Shown here: in pieces, positions 18,462 to 29,192 of the stretch | Numbering within the stretch: position 1 is the first letter of the stretch | Layout of the letters: each line of letters opens with the position of its first letter | Translations under genes and position numbers: made by a program | Assembly (NCBI GenBank): GCA_963704365.1 | Contig: OY969899.1 | Coordinates: 1,969,285-2,033,284, forward strand | Direction of reading: 5' to 3' | Length of the DNA stretch: 64,000 bases | Origin: Parachlamydiales bacterium | GTDB taxonomy: Bacteria; Chlamydiota; Chlamydiia; Chlamydiales; JAJFMK01 | The notes under the pieces: generated by a model | What the model was told of the DNA's origin: nothing | Seen by the model: the letters and a program-made list of their open reading frames with translations, nothing else | The model's database searches: none

Positions 18462-18932
18462 TTAATCAATCCTTAAAGCAACAGATAATATACAAGGCGA
18501 TACTTTATGATAATTTCCAAGATTGTCGTGATGAAGATCGAGTTTTACAACCTTCTGGCCTGAGGGTGAGAACAATTCGATCCGATTGACTTCGAAAGTC
18601 CCAATCTTATGATCTTGATAGCCAAGTCCCCAATGGAACCTTTTTCTAAATTCATTTGGCTTCAATCAGTACCCTTCCTTTCATGAAAGGAGAACATCGA
18701 CTGTGAATCAACATGATGCAAATAGTGCCTCCCCCTCTTCATCTAGCTTGGATCTGGAAACGCTTTCAGCAAAATCAAGGTCCCAACTTTGTCCCCCATC
18801 TTGATTTGTAGCGCCCATTTGAAGTGGGTCATAATGGTAGACCCTACCGATAGAAAGGGGCTCAATCCCGGGAATGACCAAATCTTGAATGTTGATGGGC
18901 GGGTTATACATCGACATTCTGCCAAATGTCAT
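18462..18932 (-). pseudogene. Fragmented RHS/YD-repeat protein N-terminus (DUF6531-like)
   Basis: QDLVIPGIEPLSIGRVY...GQSWDL resembles the RHS N-terminal DL..PG..PL.L.R.Y..G.GW pattern; broken into short ORFs. Confidence 0.5.
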
Positions 18933-19116
18933 TATTTTTAGCGCTTATGGCGGAATATCCCTACATAAACCGCCAAATCTAATTTCCCCAAGAGGTTTTG
19001 GCCGGTTATCAGGCTCCCCCTTAAGGGGCATTAAAATTTTGAAATGAAAGGCATCTTCCAGCAAAATTTTGACTATTTTACGGAGATAAATTTCGGTTCT
19101 CACTGAGGGGAAGAGA

Positions 19117-19500
19117 TCACCCTTTCCTTTTGGGCAAGGCGATGGAGAATTCTCGGATCTTTCCTTTAGGCAATGTGTAGCTGAGGGTGACAACCCCTTC
19201 TTCGAGTAGCATGTGGCCATTAAATGTGGGGAGAGGGACACCCTCCTCCAATAGCTTGGCACCATATTGACCTGTGTAAAGAGCTTGAACCGTTAAAATA
19301 GCGCCATGCTTCAACTCAAGCTCTTGCCTAAACTGATTCTTTTCCTCCGCTTCCCCCCCTAGAATCGACCAATTCATGGTAAGGAGGGGGACAATAGCCA
19401 ATGCAAAAATAGCCATCGCCACGAGGATCTCTAAGAGGAAGAAGCTTTGTTTTTTTTCGGTGACTCTTTTTCTTTCTTTCCACATACGTCTCGGATCCAC
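19117..19500 (-). CDS. Type II secretion minor pseudopilin
   Basis: Prepilin motif KKQS/FFLLEILVAMAIFAL. Confidence 0.8.
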   Translation of the reverse strand: MDPRRMWKERKRVTEKKQSFFLLEILVAMAIFALAIVPLLTMNWSILGGEAEEKNQFRQELELKHGAILTVQALYTGQYGAKLLEEGVPLPTFNGHMLLEEGVVTLSYTLPKGKIREFSIALPKRKG

Positions 19501-20021
19501 TCTGGGTAGTTATTGTCATTGGCTACTATTCTGATGATGGGCGTCTTCAGCTCGATTTCCATAGTTCCCGGTTTTCCAACTAAAACAAGCTGACCTTCAG
19601 GATAAATACTCCCTTTATCCCCAAAGAAAAGGGGGCCTGCCAATTCAGTTTTATTGAAAAACACCTGCTCAATAGTGGGGAAATCAAATTCTTTCTTTTT
19701 AAAGCGGCCCATAGCCTCTTGATATACTAGGTGAAGAGCTCCCTCTTTTTTTTGAAAAGTTAGGAAGGGGTCAAAACCTACTACAACAGCCTCATTGACA
19801 CTTCTTAAAACAGATTGAAATCCCCTCACATCGCTCCTAAAGCGGGCTTGATTGATAGCAGCGCGGGAATTGAGCATGACGGCTCCACCTACTGCTAGCA
19901 GCAAGATCAGCACGATCATCATTTCCATCAGAGTGAAAAAACTTTTTCTAATTAAAATGAAACTACGCGAAGTGCTGTCTTCCTTATTTCTTAAACATCG
20001 AGCCAGGATTGTCTTGAACAT
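19431..20021 (-). CDS. Type II secretion minor pseudopilin (GspH-like)
   Basis: RKSF/FTLMEMMIVLILL prepilin motif; start position uncertain. Confidence 0.8.
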   Translation of the reverse strand: MFKTILARCLRNKEDSTSRSFILIRKSFFTLMEMMIVLILLLAVGGAVMLNSRAAINQARFRSDVRGFQSVLRSVNEAVVVGFDPFLTFQKKEGALHLVYQEAMGRFKKKEFDFPTIEQVFFNKTELAGPLFFGDKGSIYPEGQLVLVGKPGTMEIELKTPIIRIVANDNNYPEWIRDVCGKKEKESPKKNKASSS

Positions 20022-20361
20022 ATTTCTCTAAACGGTTGGATGAGACCACGATTTCCCCATCATTGCCACGTGTCACACGGAATGTTTCCCCCCAGCCATC
20101 TTTGGTTAGATCGGCCCCCTTCTGAACTAGAGGAGATTGATTCACAAGTTTTTGCCAATCGCTGTCGACACGTTCACCTTCGGCTTCTGCCAAATTCAAG
20201 ATGGTTTCAATTTTGTCGATTGCAGCTTTTGACTTGAATGCCTTCCCTTCATCCAGACTTCCCCGGTAATTAAAGGCAACAACACCGATAATCATCGCGA
20301 TCAAAAACATGACGATCATCATCTCTATCAACGTTACAGAGCGTTTTTTCTTATTTTTCAT
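19984..20361 (-). CDS. gspG: Type II secretion major pseudopilin
   Basis: KKRS/VTLIEMMIVMFLIAMI..VAFNY and the KDGWG motif. Confidence 0.85.
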   Translation of the reverse strand: MKNKKKRSVTLIEMMIVMFLIAMIIGVVAFNYRGSLDEGKAFKSKAAIDKIETILNLAEAEGERVDSDWQKLVNQSPLVQKGADLTKDGWGETFRVTRGNDGEIVVSSNRLEKYVQDNPGSMFKK

Positions 20362-20370
20362 AGGTTTACT

Positions 20371-21531
20371 TTAAGGTTGAAATTGGGTCATTTCACTCAT
20401 TGGAAGGAGGATCGAGACCATCACAAGGCCGATCACTCCACCAAGAAGAATCAGTATAACAGGTTGCAACATCGATAGGAGTTGTTGAGATCTTTTTTCC
20501 ACTTCTGTGTCCAAAAGGTCGGCCCCCTTCAAAAAAGCGCCGCCCAAATTGCCAGTTTCTTCCCCCATCGCCACCAATTGTAAAATCAAAGGGGGAAAAA
20601 ATCCTGAACGGCGCCATTCATGGGATAGCCGGCGTCCTTCTAAAATCTTTTCTCTAGATTTTCCTATCACCTCTTCGAGCCTTGGATGATTTAAAACGGC
20701 TTTAGAGAGATCTAGAGCTTCAGTCAAAGGCAATCCGCCCTCTAAAAGGGTTCCTAATGTCCGGCAGAAACGGCCGAGAGCCCCTCTTGTCAGAAGGGTT
20801 CCTACGACTGGCGATGCAAAAAAGTAGGGCTTTAAATTTTTTCTCCAGATCCAAGCAGCACTTACGACACTTGAAAGTGAAAATAAAATAGTAAAAGGAT
20901 AATCCCTGACCAGGTGGCTTGTCCCAAATACTACAGCGGTCAAACCTTTGGGCTCTTTACCTTGGAACATATCTTCTACAGAAGGGACAACGAAAAGAAG
21001 CAAAACCGAAACGACGATCAACGAGAAAAAGGTCAGAATCATCGGATAGGTGAGGGCAGAAACCAGCTCTTGTCTCATCTTGAGCTCTTTTTCAAGCAGC
21101 GAGCGTATCCTAGCAAAAACTTTATCCAATGAACCGACAGCTTCACCAGAGGCCACAAGAGAGCGATAACGGCCATCAAAAGTATCAGGAAATTTACTCA
21201 ACGCCTGAGAAAGGGAATTCCCTCTTTTGATCTCATCGAGCAACGTTTCAATGATAGGAAGACTTTTACTAGAACCTCTCTCCTGCTTCATCGATTGAAG
21301 TGCTTCGTAAAGGGGAAGACCTGCTGCAATCAACTCTCCCATTTGCAGAGTAAAAGGGAGAAGCTCTTCTTTTGAAAGTCGCTTCCCTTTGAAACCTTTT
21401 AAAGAGATATCCAGTAGCGTCCAGCCTTGAGACCGGATCCTCTCTTTTGCCTCCAATAGATTATTTGCTTCTAGAGCCCCTTTTCTTTTTGCACCAAGTT
21501 TATCGACGGCAACATACAGGAACTGGCTCAT
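20371..21531 (-). CDS. gspF: Type II secretion inner membrane platform protein
   Basis: AGLPLYEAL, GNSLSQAL, SGEAVGSL, ALTYP, MGEETGNL. Confidence 0.93.
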   Translation of the reverse strand: MSQFLYVAVDKLGAKRKGALEANNLLEAKERIRSQGWTLLDISLKGFKGKRLSKEELLPFTLQMGELIAAGLPLYEALQSMKQERGSSKSLPIIETLLDEIKRGNSLSQALSKFPDTFDGRYRSLVASGEAVGSLDKVFARIRSLLEKELKMRQELVSALTYPMILTFFSLIVVSVLLLFVVPSVEDMFQGKEPKGLTAVVFGTSHLVRDYPFTILFSLSSVVSAAWIWRKNLKPYFFASPVVGTLLTRGALGRFCRTLGTLLEGGLPLTEALDLSKAVLNHPRLEEVIGKSREKILEGRRLSHEWRRSGFFPPLILQLVAMGEETGNLGGAFLKGADLLDTEVEKRSQQLLSMLQPVILILLGGVIGLVMVSILLPMSEMTQFQP

Positions 21532-23207
21532 GTAACAACTCCACGGGTGGCTCGGAGAACCTCTTCAATGGTTGTCTGCCCATCTATTACGAGTTGCCGG
21601 CCGGAATCTAAAAGGGTTTTCATCCCCCTTTCGAGAGCAATTTTTTTCAGTTCGATCCCATCAGGGCTTTTGACAATCTGCTTTTGTATCGGGTAGTCAA
21701 TCTCTAATAGCTCAAAAATGGCATGACGCCCTTTGTAGCCAGAATCGAAGCAATGGGAGCACCCTTTTCCACGATAAAGCGGCAAGGGCTTAGATAAACC
21801 TATCGATTCACACTCTTTGTCGGATGGGAGAAACTCCTCTTTACATTGAGGGCAGATTTTTCTGACTAATCGCTGTGCCAAAATCCCTACGATCGATGAG
21901 GACAGGAGGTAAGGTTCAATCCCCATATCGACAAGGCGGGTGATAGCCGAAGGGGCATCATTGGTGTGAAGTGTGCTTAATACTAAGTGGCCTGTGAGTG
22001 CGGCCTGAATCGCTATTTCTGCCGTCTCTAGATCTCGGATCTCACCCACCATGATCACGTCAGGGTCTTGCCGAAGGATATGTCTTAGCCCTGTTGCAAA
22101 ATCGAGGTTGATTTTGTGGTGAACCGAAATCTGCGCAATACTTGGTAACTGGTATTCAACAGGATCTTCGATCGTCATGATATTGGTCGCTTCATCACAC
22201 CGTTCTTGCAAAGCGCTGTAAAGGGTTGTCGTTTTACCCGACCCTGTAGGCCCTGTAACAAGTAAAATACCTTCAGGGAGCGCTAAAAGGGAGCGGAAAA
22301 TGGCAAGTAACTCGCGGCCCATTCCCATTTGTTCAAGACCATAAGAAACATTTCCCCGATCCAAAATCCTCAATACAACCCTTTCACCACCTGAAACAGG
22401 TAAAGTGCTGACCCTGAAGTCGACTTCACGACGACCCATCCGTAGCTTGATCCGACCATCCAATGGGAGGCGATGTTCCGCGATATCAAGCTTTGCCATC
22501 ACTTTGATACGGGTGATCAATTGGCTCTGGTAATCGATAGAGGGAGTATGACGATTGTGAAGCACACCATCAATTCTATAGCGAACACGGAGACCTTCCT
22601 CATTAGGCTCAAAGTGGATATCCGAGGCCCCTTGGCTAATAGCTTCCATCAAAATGAGGTTTAGAAGTTTGATGATCGGCGCCCCCTCTCTTTCTCCATC
22701 GAGTAGGTCAAAGACTTCGATCGTCTCTTCTTCTTTATTCGCCCCTTCTATGCCCAACTTAGCTAAAAGTTCTGAGGCAGCTCTGTCTCCACGCTCATAG
22801 GTCGTATGGATTGCTTGTAAAATTTCTTCCTTGGAACACAAGTAAGGAGCAATTTTTGCTTTTAGCATCCACTCCAGCTCGTCAAGCGGCTCCCTTAAAT
22901 AGGGGTCATGCACTGCAACAGAAACTGTCCCTTCTTCTTCTTGAAAAGGGAAAATCTCATGCCTTTTAACAAAAGAGTAGGGGACCTCTTTCACCCTCTC
23001 TTTAGGCAAAAGACCAAGGGGTAAGGCGTCTAAATAAGGAATCTCAAATTCATAACTTAATGCCTTCAGATCTGAACTGATGGGTTGAGGGACAAGATAT
23101 TCCGATGAACCTTCGCCAAGAGGCTTTGGACGACGTGGTAGCCATTTTTTAGCTTGAGCGAGTGCACCTTCTATAAGCCCTTTAACACTTTCAATCGCCA
23201 TTGCCAT
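21528..23207 (-). CDS. gspE: Type II secretion ATPase
   Basis: ASDIHFEP, GPTGSGKTTTLY, TIEDPVE, LRQDPDVIMVGEIRD, TGHLVLSTLHTN, CxxC..CxxC. Confidence 0.95.
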   Translation of the reverse strand: MAMAIESVKGLIEGALAQAKKWLPRRPKPLGEGSSEYLVPQPISSDLKALSYEFEIPYLDALPLGLLPKERVKEVPYSFVKRHEIFPFQEEEGTVSVAVHDPYLREPLDELEWMLKAKIAPYLCSKEEILQAIHTTYERGDRAASELLAKLGIEGANKEEETIEVFDLLDGEREGAPIIKLLNLILMEAISQGASDIHFEPNEEGLRVRYRIDGVLHNRHTPSIDYQSQLITRIKVMAKLDIAEHRLPLDGRIKLRMGRREVDFRVSTLPVSGGERVVLRILDRGNVSYGLEQMGMGRELLAIFRSLLALPEGILLVTGPTGSGKTTTLYSALQERCDEATNIMTIEDPVEYQLPSIAQISVHHKINLDFATGLRHILRQDPDVIMVGEIRDLETAEIAIQAALTGHLVLSTLHTNDAPSAITRLVDMGIEPYLLSSSIVGILAQRLVRKICPQCKEEFLPSDKECESIGLSKPLPLYRGKGCSHCFDSGYKGRHAIFELLEIDYPIQKQIVKSPDGIELKKIALERGMKTLLDSGRQLVIDGQTTIEEVLRATRGVVT

Positions 23208-25569
23208 CACGCTGCCATCCTGGTGCATAGCACCTTGAAGGGGGGAAACCAGCAATCATGTCGATCGTCCCCTTGAAAAGAGAATGCCGTTCACGGCAAC
23301 GGGCTTCGTTAAGCCTGCAGAGATAGTCGGGGAGATCCCCTGGACGGCGACACATCTCCTCATGCTTGATCCACTCCAATTCATAAAGGGGATCACGGAC
23401 AATTTTCGGAGTGATCACGATGAACATCTCGGTGGTCGCCTCTTCCTGGGAAGTGAAGCTGAAGAATTTCCCGATATAGGGGATTTCACCCAAAAAAGGA
23501 ATTTTTTCGACTTGTGTTGTGTCTTGTTTTTTTCTCAACCCGCCTAAGATCACACTTTCCCCATCTGCGACAACCGCTTGACTTTCGATCTTCCTACGGG
23601 TGATATCAGGACGGTTATGGCCCATCTCATGCAAAATAGGATGGATGGTGTCGAAGCTGACCGATGTCTCCAAAGTGATCATTGCGCTGTCATCATCTTC
23701 CCCTGTCCCTGGGTTGATTGTCGGAGTGATATCGAGAACAACCCCATACTGCTCACGGGTGAAGGAATCTTTTAAAGCAACACCACCACCAGCCTGAGGC
23801 ACTTCAAAAATACCGGTGCTGATAGAGATCTCATCAACAACCGCTAAAGAAACAGGCGTTTGGTTTAATGTCAGGGCAGTTGTTGAGGTGTTGATCTCGA
23901 TATCTTTTTGAGAGATCAAGAAGGTGTAGAGCAAGTCAATGGAAGGAGAATGGGCGTTACCAACCTGTTTAAAGATGAAATCAAGAATGCCCGGACAAGC
24001 ATTCCACGCCAATTGCGCGATGTTTTGGGTGACACGAGGGTTGCCAATATCGAGTTTATTCAGCCCAAATTTATCTCGGTCGTTGGTCCTTTTTTCAAAG
24101 AGCAATACCTCAATTTCGACCATTTTTTTCGGAACATCAAGACGTCGGAGTGTCTCTTTTACCTGGGCCAGAAGCTCCGCCTCGACAACCATCACAATCG
24201 CCCCTGTTTTAGGATCGACTAAAAAGTTATTTCGATTTCCATTTGGAGAGGGTCTTGGACGGGAAGGGCCTAATTCAATGGGGGCAGGATCAACAACAAC
24301 AGAACCTGCTTGGTAAAAACTGTCGGCATAGAATTGATCGGGTGTAGGAAAAGGGGAATCATTCAATGTCACGTTGACATCGGTGTTGCTTCCACCATTT
24401 TCGCAGCAAGGATCAATCGGCATTCTATTCAGAAGCAATTCGTAAATACGGGCCGTGATATCGGCCAATTCTTCTGGATCTGCATAACGGGCGCAATACC
24501 AATGGAGAACCTTCTCTCGGAAATCACCCATCTGCCCTTCAACTTTTCGGATAATATCCTCTGCCCGCTTGACCTCTTCACGAGATCCTACTAGAAAAAG
24601 ATTCCGTGGATTTGCTTTTGAGACCAAAATCCGTAGGGCATTGACTCGAGAAAAACTCCCCTCACCTTTTTCATCTCCCCCTTCATCAAAGAGGACCGAT
24701 AACATCTTAGCCATCTCTTCGCCAGAAACCCGCTGTAAGGTGACAAGCGAAAATTCTTTCGATCCACTCTCTTTTTGCAAAAAGTCATAAAGGCGAAGAA
24801 GTTCATCCACCTCACCTCTTGTTGCAACGATGGCAATTTGTCGACCGAGGGGAACCACCTGTTGAGTGGCTTTATTGGAAAATTTGTCTAAGAAAAGCTC
24901 AGCTCTTTTCAATTCTAAAGGATCTGGAGAGATCAAAAAGAGGATACGATCTTCTCTTGGGACAAAAGAGAGCATGTTCCGATCTGTCACAATTCGTCTG
25001 ATGCGGGAAAAATCGTCTTTAGCTAAAGAAAGCTTCCGGAGATAGGGATTGAGCGAGGTGACAACAACGCCGCTTTGGTTCAAAATAAGCTCTACCATCT
25101 CATTCCAGCCACTTCTTGGAACTGGAAGCCTGGAAGAAAGAGAGATTGGGATCGATCCTACCTCTTTGGGAATGAGATAGACAAAATCTTGGGACCCATA
25201 ATCGATAACAAGCTGTTCAATCGTAGTTTCTGGCTGGTGAAAAAGACCATAAGGTTCTGGATCTAAAACTTTTGAGGCTTTTTGCTGCCACCCCATCTCG
25301 ATATCATCCAATTCCCGCTTAGATTTACGGATATCGGCTAAAATAATCTCGTAGGCCTCTTTTGGCGCCCCATTTTCATATAGCTCGCCCCCTCTCTGAT
25401 AGAGACGACGAATCTCATCTTCTTTGGCCCCTTTAGCAGCATTGAGCTGATCTAATTTAACATCCAGCTCGTAAGGTAGATCGCTCTTCCCTTTGTTGAT
25501 ATTGGCCTTTTTTTCAGCAATCGTCTGACCAAGAAGAAAAGGAACGACAAGTAGTATAATCCATTTCAT
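23191..25569 (-). CDS. gspD: Type II secretion secretin
   Basis: LDVPKKMVEIEV, YGVVLDITP, VADGESVILGGL, KIPFLGEIPYIGKFF, EMFIVITPKIV. Confidence 0.92.
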   Translation of the reverse strand: MKWIILLVVPFLLGQTIAEKKANINKGKSDLPYELDVKLDQLNAAKGAKEDEIRRLYQRGGELYENGAPKEAYEIILADIRKSKRELDDIEMGWQQKASKVLDPEPYGLFHQPETTIEQLVIDYGSQDFVYLIPKEVGSIPISLSSRLPVPRSGWNEMVELILNQSGVVVTSLNPYLRKLSLAKDDFSRIRRIVTDRNMLSFVPREDRILFLISPDPLELKRAELFLDKFSNKATQQVVPLGRQIAIVATRGEVDELLRLYDFLQKESGSKEFSLVTLQRVSGEEMAKMLSVLFDEGGDEKGEGSFSRVNALRILVSKANPRNLFLVGSREEVKRAEDIIRKVEGQMGDFREKVLHWYCARYADPEELADITARIYELLLNRMPIDPCCENGGSNTDVNVTLNDSPFPTPDQFYADSFYQAGSVVVDPAPIELGPSRPRPSPNGNRNNFLVDPKTGAIVMVVEAELLAQVKETLRRLDVPKKMVEIEVLLFEKRTNDRDKFGLNKLDIGNPRVTQNIAQLAWNACPGILDFIFKQVGNAHSPSIDLLYTFLISQKDIEINTSTTALTLNQTPVSLAVVDEISISTGIFEVPQAGGGVALKDSFTREQYGVVLDITPTINPGTGEDDDSAMITLETSVSFDTIHPILHEMGHNRPDITRRKIESQAVVADGESVILGGLRKKQDTTQVEKIPFLGEIPYIGKFFSFTSQEEATTEMFIVITPKIVRDPLYELEWIKHEEMCRRPGDLPDYLCRLNEARCRERHSLFKGTIDMIAGFPPSRCYAPGWQRDGNGD

Positions 25570-26906
25570 CTTGAACCTCCTGAGACTGCTATCTCGATAA
25601 AGGGCTCATCGGACGCGTCTACCACAACATCTTCCGCTGGAATAATGGTCACATTGCCCCTCTGGACAGCCAATTCCACAGGACAAGAATCGGTTCTAGA
25701 GGCATTGAAGAGGGTGCCCATTAAAACTTGATGATCATCTTGTTTGACATACCCATCAAAAACAAAAAGGGGGCCAGCTACTTGCCTATTTACGTAAGCG
25801 TCGATCTCCTCAGGTGTATCCAGCTTGACCCAAGCTCCTTCTTCATCCTGTACAAGCCAATCATCTGGTTTAAGCAAATGACGCTCTCTCCCAATTTCAA
25901 AAACACATTGTGTTCTGGTTTTTGCGCCGACAAAACGGAACTCTTTTTGTAAGGCCTCTTTTGCCCAATTTTCTTGCGCTTTGATGAGTGTGAGAGGCAC
26001 TTTTTTCTGGCCAGTAGGATCCCACAAATCAAGGGCCATAATCCGCTCATCCACCCTCTTAATTTGCAGCAGGGGCAATCCTTTTGTCTCTTCGCCTGGC
26101 GTCTTCACCTGCCAACGACCATCTGCGAAAATGAGACAATCCCCGAGAGCAATAAAAACCGAATAAAGGTCCTCTTTCTCTCCAAAATCTACACGGTGTT
26201 TTCCCAGCAAATGGGAAAATTCTTCTCCACCATGGCGCATCAGAAAACAGTCGGGACCGACCCATTTAGCCATTTGACGGGCTAAGAGAGTGCCGTCCGC
26301 ACGGAGTTTACCAATTTCCCACCCCTGATTACCGAAAGGGAGTCTTGCAACTTCTTTGGTAGGGAGTTTGAAAGTTTGGGGCTCAAGAGGTGGATATCCC
26401 TCGAGAGTCAAGCCCACTTTAATAGAGGCTTCTTGGTCTTGCGGCTCAACCTCAAACCAAAGGGGTCTTTCTTCCCTTGTGATTGCAAAAGTCTCTCCTC
26501 CGCCCACTTGACGGGAGTAATCGAGATAGACTTTTTCCCCCCCAGAGACAAAGGAGAGGTCTTTACTTCCTTGCAACCCAAAATGGAGTAGAGGATGCTC
26601 TTGTGGAGAATCAGGCCTTCCATTCATCCCATGGTAGGTCAAAATATTTTTCAGATCGGGGAGGAGAAGTGGAGGAGGCGTCTCTTTGAGAGCCAGCCAT
26701 GGAGGGCCAATTTGGGAATAAGCTTCTTTTTTTTGAGCAAAACTATTCCGTAGCTCGCGCACCCCTTTTTGAGGGGGCAAAACAACCATGATTTCGCCAG
26801 GGCGAAGAAAACTCCACAATGCACCTAAGCCAAAGCAAAGGAAGGAGATCCCTAAAAAAATCGTTGTCAGTGAACGGAGTAGTTTTTCATTAAAAAGAGC
26901 GCGCAT
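25566..26906 (-). CDS. Conserved chlamydial protein upstream of gspD (CT573-like)
   Basis: N-terminal TM, LPDL..LTYHG.NGRPD, DGTLLARQ..W.GPD.FL..HGG; ATGA overlap with gspD. Confidence 0.7.
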   Translation of the reverse strand: MRALFNEKLLRSLTTIFLGISFLCFGLGALWSFLRPGEIMVVLPPQKGVRELRNSFAQKKEAYSQIGPPWLALKETPPPLLLPDLKNILTYHGMNGRPDSPQEHPLLHFGLQGSKDLSFVSGGEKVYLDYSRQVGGGETFAITREERPLWFEVEPQDQEASIKVGLTLEGYPPLEPQTFKLPTKEVARLPFGNQGWEIGKLRADGTLLARQMAKWVGPDCFLMRHGGEEFSHLLGKHRVDFGEKEDLYSVFIALGDCLIFADGRWQVKTPGEETKGLPLLQIKRVDERIMALDLWDPTGQKKVPLTLIKAQENWAKEALQKEFRFVGAKTRTQCVFEIGRERHLLKPDDWLVQDEEGAWVKLDTPEEIDAYVNRQVAGPLFVFDGYVKQDDHQVLMGTLFNASRTDSCPVELAVQRGNVTIIPAEDVVVDASDEPFIEIAVSGGSR

Positions 26907-26951
26907 TATTAAATGTTATACAGTAGTTCGTTGAATATAACCTTAAAAGTT

Positions 26952-29099
26952 CTATTTTTCAATCGCCTCTAAAATATTGGAGGTGGTTAGCACCTGTGGT
27001 AAAATTTTTGGAACCGCCTCTTTCCCTTTAGGATAATAGACATAGAGGGGAACACTGTTTCTTCCAAAAGAAGCCAAAGCTTGCGTAATCTCTGGGTCGC
27101 TACGAGTCCAATCAGCTTCCATTTTGACAACACCTTCTCGATCAAAAGCCTCAAGCACATCTTTTGTCTCTAAAACCAAAAAATTAGCTTGGCAAAGGAG
27201 ACACCATTTTGCAGTAAAATCGATGAAAATGGGAACACCCTCAGCACGCAGCTCTTCCACCCTTTTAGAGGTGAAGGTTTCCCATCCCCCTTCAATGATA
27301 GTGCAAATCTTTTCTTCCGGACGGAAAATAGCTGTCTGGAAGCCGGCGTCGATTAGCATGAAACTAGCTAAGCCAAAGAGGAGGATTGCGGCAATACGGC
27401 CCACAATTCTTGTGGCAAAAGCCCGCATCAGGCTTCCGTATTTCCCCAAAATCCAAGCGCCGATCGCAATGACAAAAAGGGCAAGAAGAAACTCTAGAAT
27501 TTCACGACTATCGGCTTGAATCAAAAAGACCCAGGCAAGCCAAACGACTGTGAGCAACAATAAGAAGCCCATCACCTGCTTAAACGTCTCCATCCAAGGG
27601 CCAGGTTTGGGGACATATTTAAGCCACCTTGGCTCCAAAGAGAGCAAAAGATAGGGCAATGCCATACCAACGCCCATCGCCAAGAAAATGAGCATTCCTA
27701 AATGAGGCGGCAATGTCAGACTTAATCCCAGAGCAGTACCTAGAAAAGGGCCTGAACAAGGTGTTGAAAGGGCGGTTGCAAGCACACCACTTGCAAAAGA
27801 ACCAATCAAGGAAGGGTTCCTTTTTTTAACACTTTGCTCTATCTCACCAGCTTTTGAAACAAAAGACATCCCAATTTCAAAGACCCCGAAGAATAGGAGT
27901 GACATCAGGAATATCAGAGCTGCAAGAAGCGCAATAAAAGTAGGGTCTTGGAGTTGGAAGCCCCATCCAATTTCCATCCCTGTTGCGCGCAAGACAAAGA
28001 GGAGAGCCCCCAAAAATAAGAAGCTAATGATCACACCGAGCGCAAAAGCCAAGCCATGAGCAAACACAAGCCGACGACTTTCTTGAGCAAGTTTGACAAA
28101 GCTCATGATTTTTAAAGAAATAATCGGCAATACACATGGCATCACGTTCAACAGGATGCCGCCTAAAACCGAAAAGAGAATCATGAGGGCCAACGACTCA
28201 TGCTCTTCAAAAGGGACTAGCGGAACGTTAGAAAGGTTTTCGACCTCGTACGGCACAGAGACCAAAAAACTTTTTTTAACATCTGGAACTCTTGATATAA
28301 GGGTCACTATCCCTTCGACATCTGGCAAAAAGGGCTCTTTTCCTGGCTTGATAAATAGGTAATAATTCCCTTCAGATACAGTCAAAGATTCTTCTTCATG
28401 TAGATCAACAGTCTCTTTTGTAAATGGGAAAAAATGGACCGCATCTACTTTATAGGGGAAAACTGATTGCGGGAAAACGAGCATAAAACCTTCGTCTTCT
28501 GGCTCTAAAGTGACCTGTTCTAGCCTGGCAGGAAGGGCATCTTTTGCATGATCCAATACCGATCCGTCTCGTCCTGTAGCCTTACCGACAGTGAAATTTT
28601 TAGATAAAGTTGTTTCCCCGGGAACGCATTGCTCTTTTGAGCAAACAACCCAACTGACAGTGACTTCTATTGGAATTTCTCCAGATGGTAAGTTGGCAGG
28701 CGCTTCGATTTCGGTGATCAAGAGATAGGGTTTTTTATAGCCAAAGGAAATAATACCCTGGTAACTATCTCTTTCAGGAACTGGCCATTCTAAATCGTAG
28801 GATTGAAACCCTTCAGGCAGTTTCCATGTTAATTTCATAGGAGCACCGGCCTCTCCTGGATTTTTCCAGTAAGATTTCCACCCATCTTCCAAACTGACCG
28901 ATACTGCCACCATGAATTTAGAGGAGGGGGAAATTCGATCAACATCTGAAATCAGCTCTAAGTGGACTGGATCACCCGATGTTACGACCTCCTTTTTAAC
29001 GCTTTCAACAGCACTTACGAACCATTGTTCATCGAACGCCTCTACAGAAGTAGAAAAAGCAAGCGCTAGTAAAAAAGAAAAAAAGTATTTCATCGTCAT
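26952..29099 (-). CDS. dsbD: Thiol:disulfide interchange protein DsbD
   Basis: YWKNPG.AG, CSKEQC, LNVMPCVLPI, TPCSGPFLG, FTAKWCLLC, VPLYVYYP. Confidence 0.93.
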   Translation of the reverse strand: MTMKYFFSFLLALAFSTSVEAFDEQWFVSAVESVKKEVVTSGDPVHLELISDVDRISPSSKFMVAVSVSLEDGWKSYWKNPGEAGAPMKLTWKLPEGFQSYDLEWPVPERDSYQGIISFGYKKPYLLITEIEAPANLPSGEIPIEVTVSWVVCSKEQCVPGETTLSKNFTVGKATGRDGSVLDHAKDALPARLEQVTLEPEDEGFMLVFPQSVFPYKVDAVHFFPFTKETVDLHEEESLTVSEGNYYLFIKPGKEPFLPDVEGIVTLISRVPDVKKSFLVSVPYEVENLSNVPLVPFEEHESLALMILFSVLGGILLNVMPCVLPIISLKIMSFVKLAQESRRLVFAHGLAFALGVIISFLFLGALLFVLRATGMEIGWGFQLQDPTFIALLAALIFLMSLLFFGVFEIGMSFVSKAGEIEQSVKKRNPSLIGSFASGVLATALSTPCSGPFLGTALGLSLTLPPHLGMLIFLAMGVGMALPYLLLSLEPRWLKYVPKPGPWMETFKQVMGFLLLLTVVWLAWVFLIQADSREILEFLLALFVIAIGAWILGKYGSLMRAFATRIVGRIAAILLFGLASFMLIDAGFQTAIFRPEEKICTIIEGGWETFTSKRVEELRAEGVPIFIDFTAKWCLLCQANFLVLETKDVLEAFDREGVVKMEADWTRSDPEITQALASFGRNSVPLYVYYPKGKEAVPKILPQVLTTSNILEAIEK

Positions 29100-29192
29100 G
29101 ATAAATCCTTGAACGTCCTAGTCATTTCACTGTACAGTACAAGGAACTGTTTGCAAGTTCCAAGAAAATCTTAAGTATAAAGTAGGAGTACG

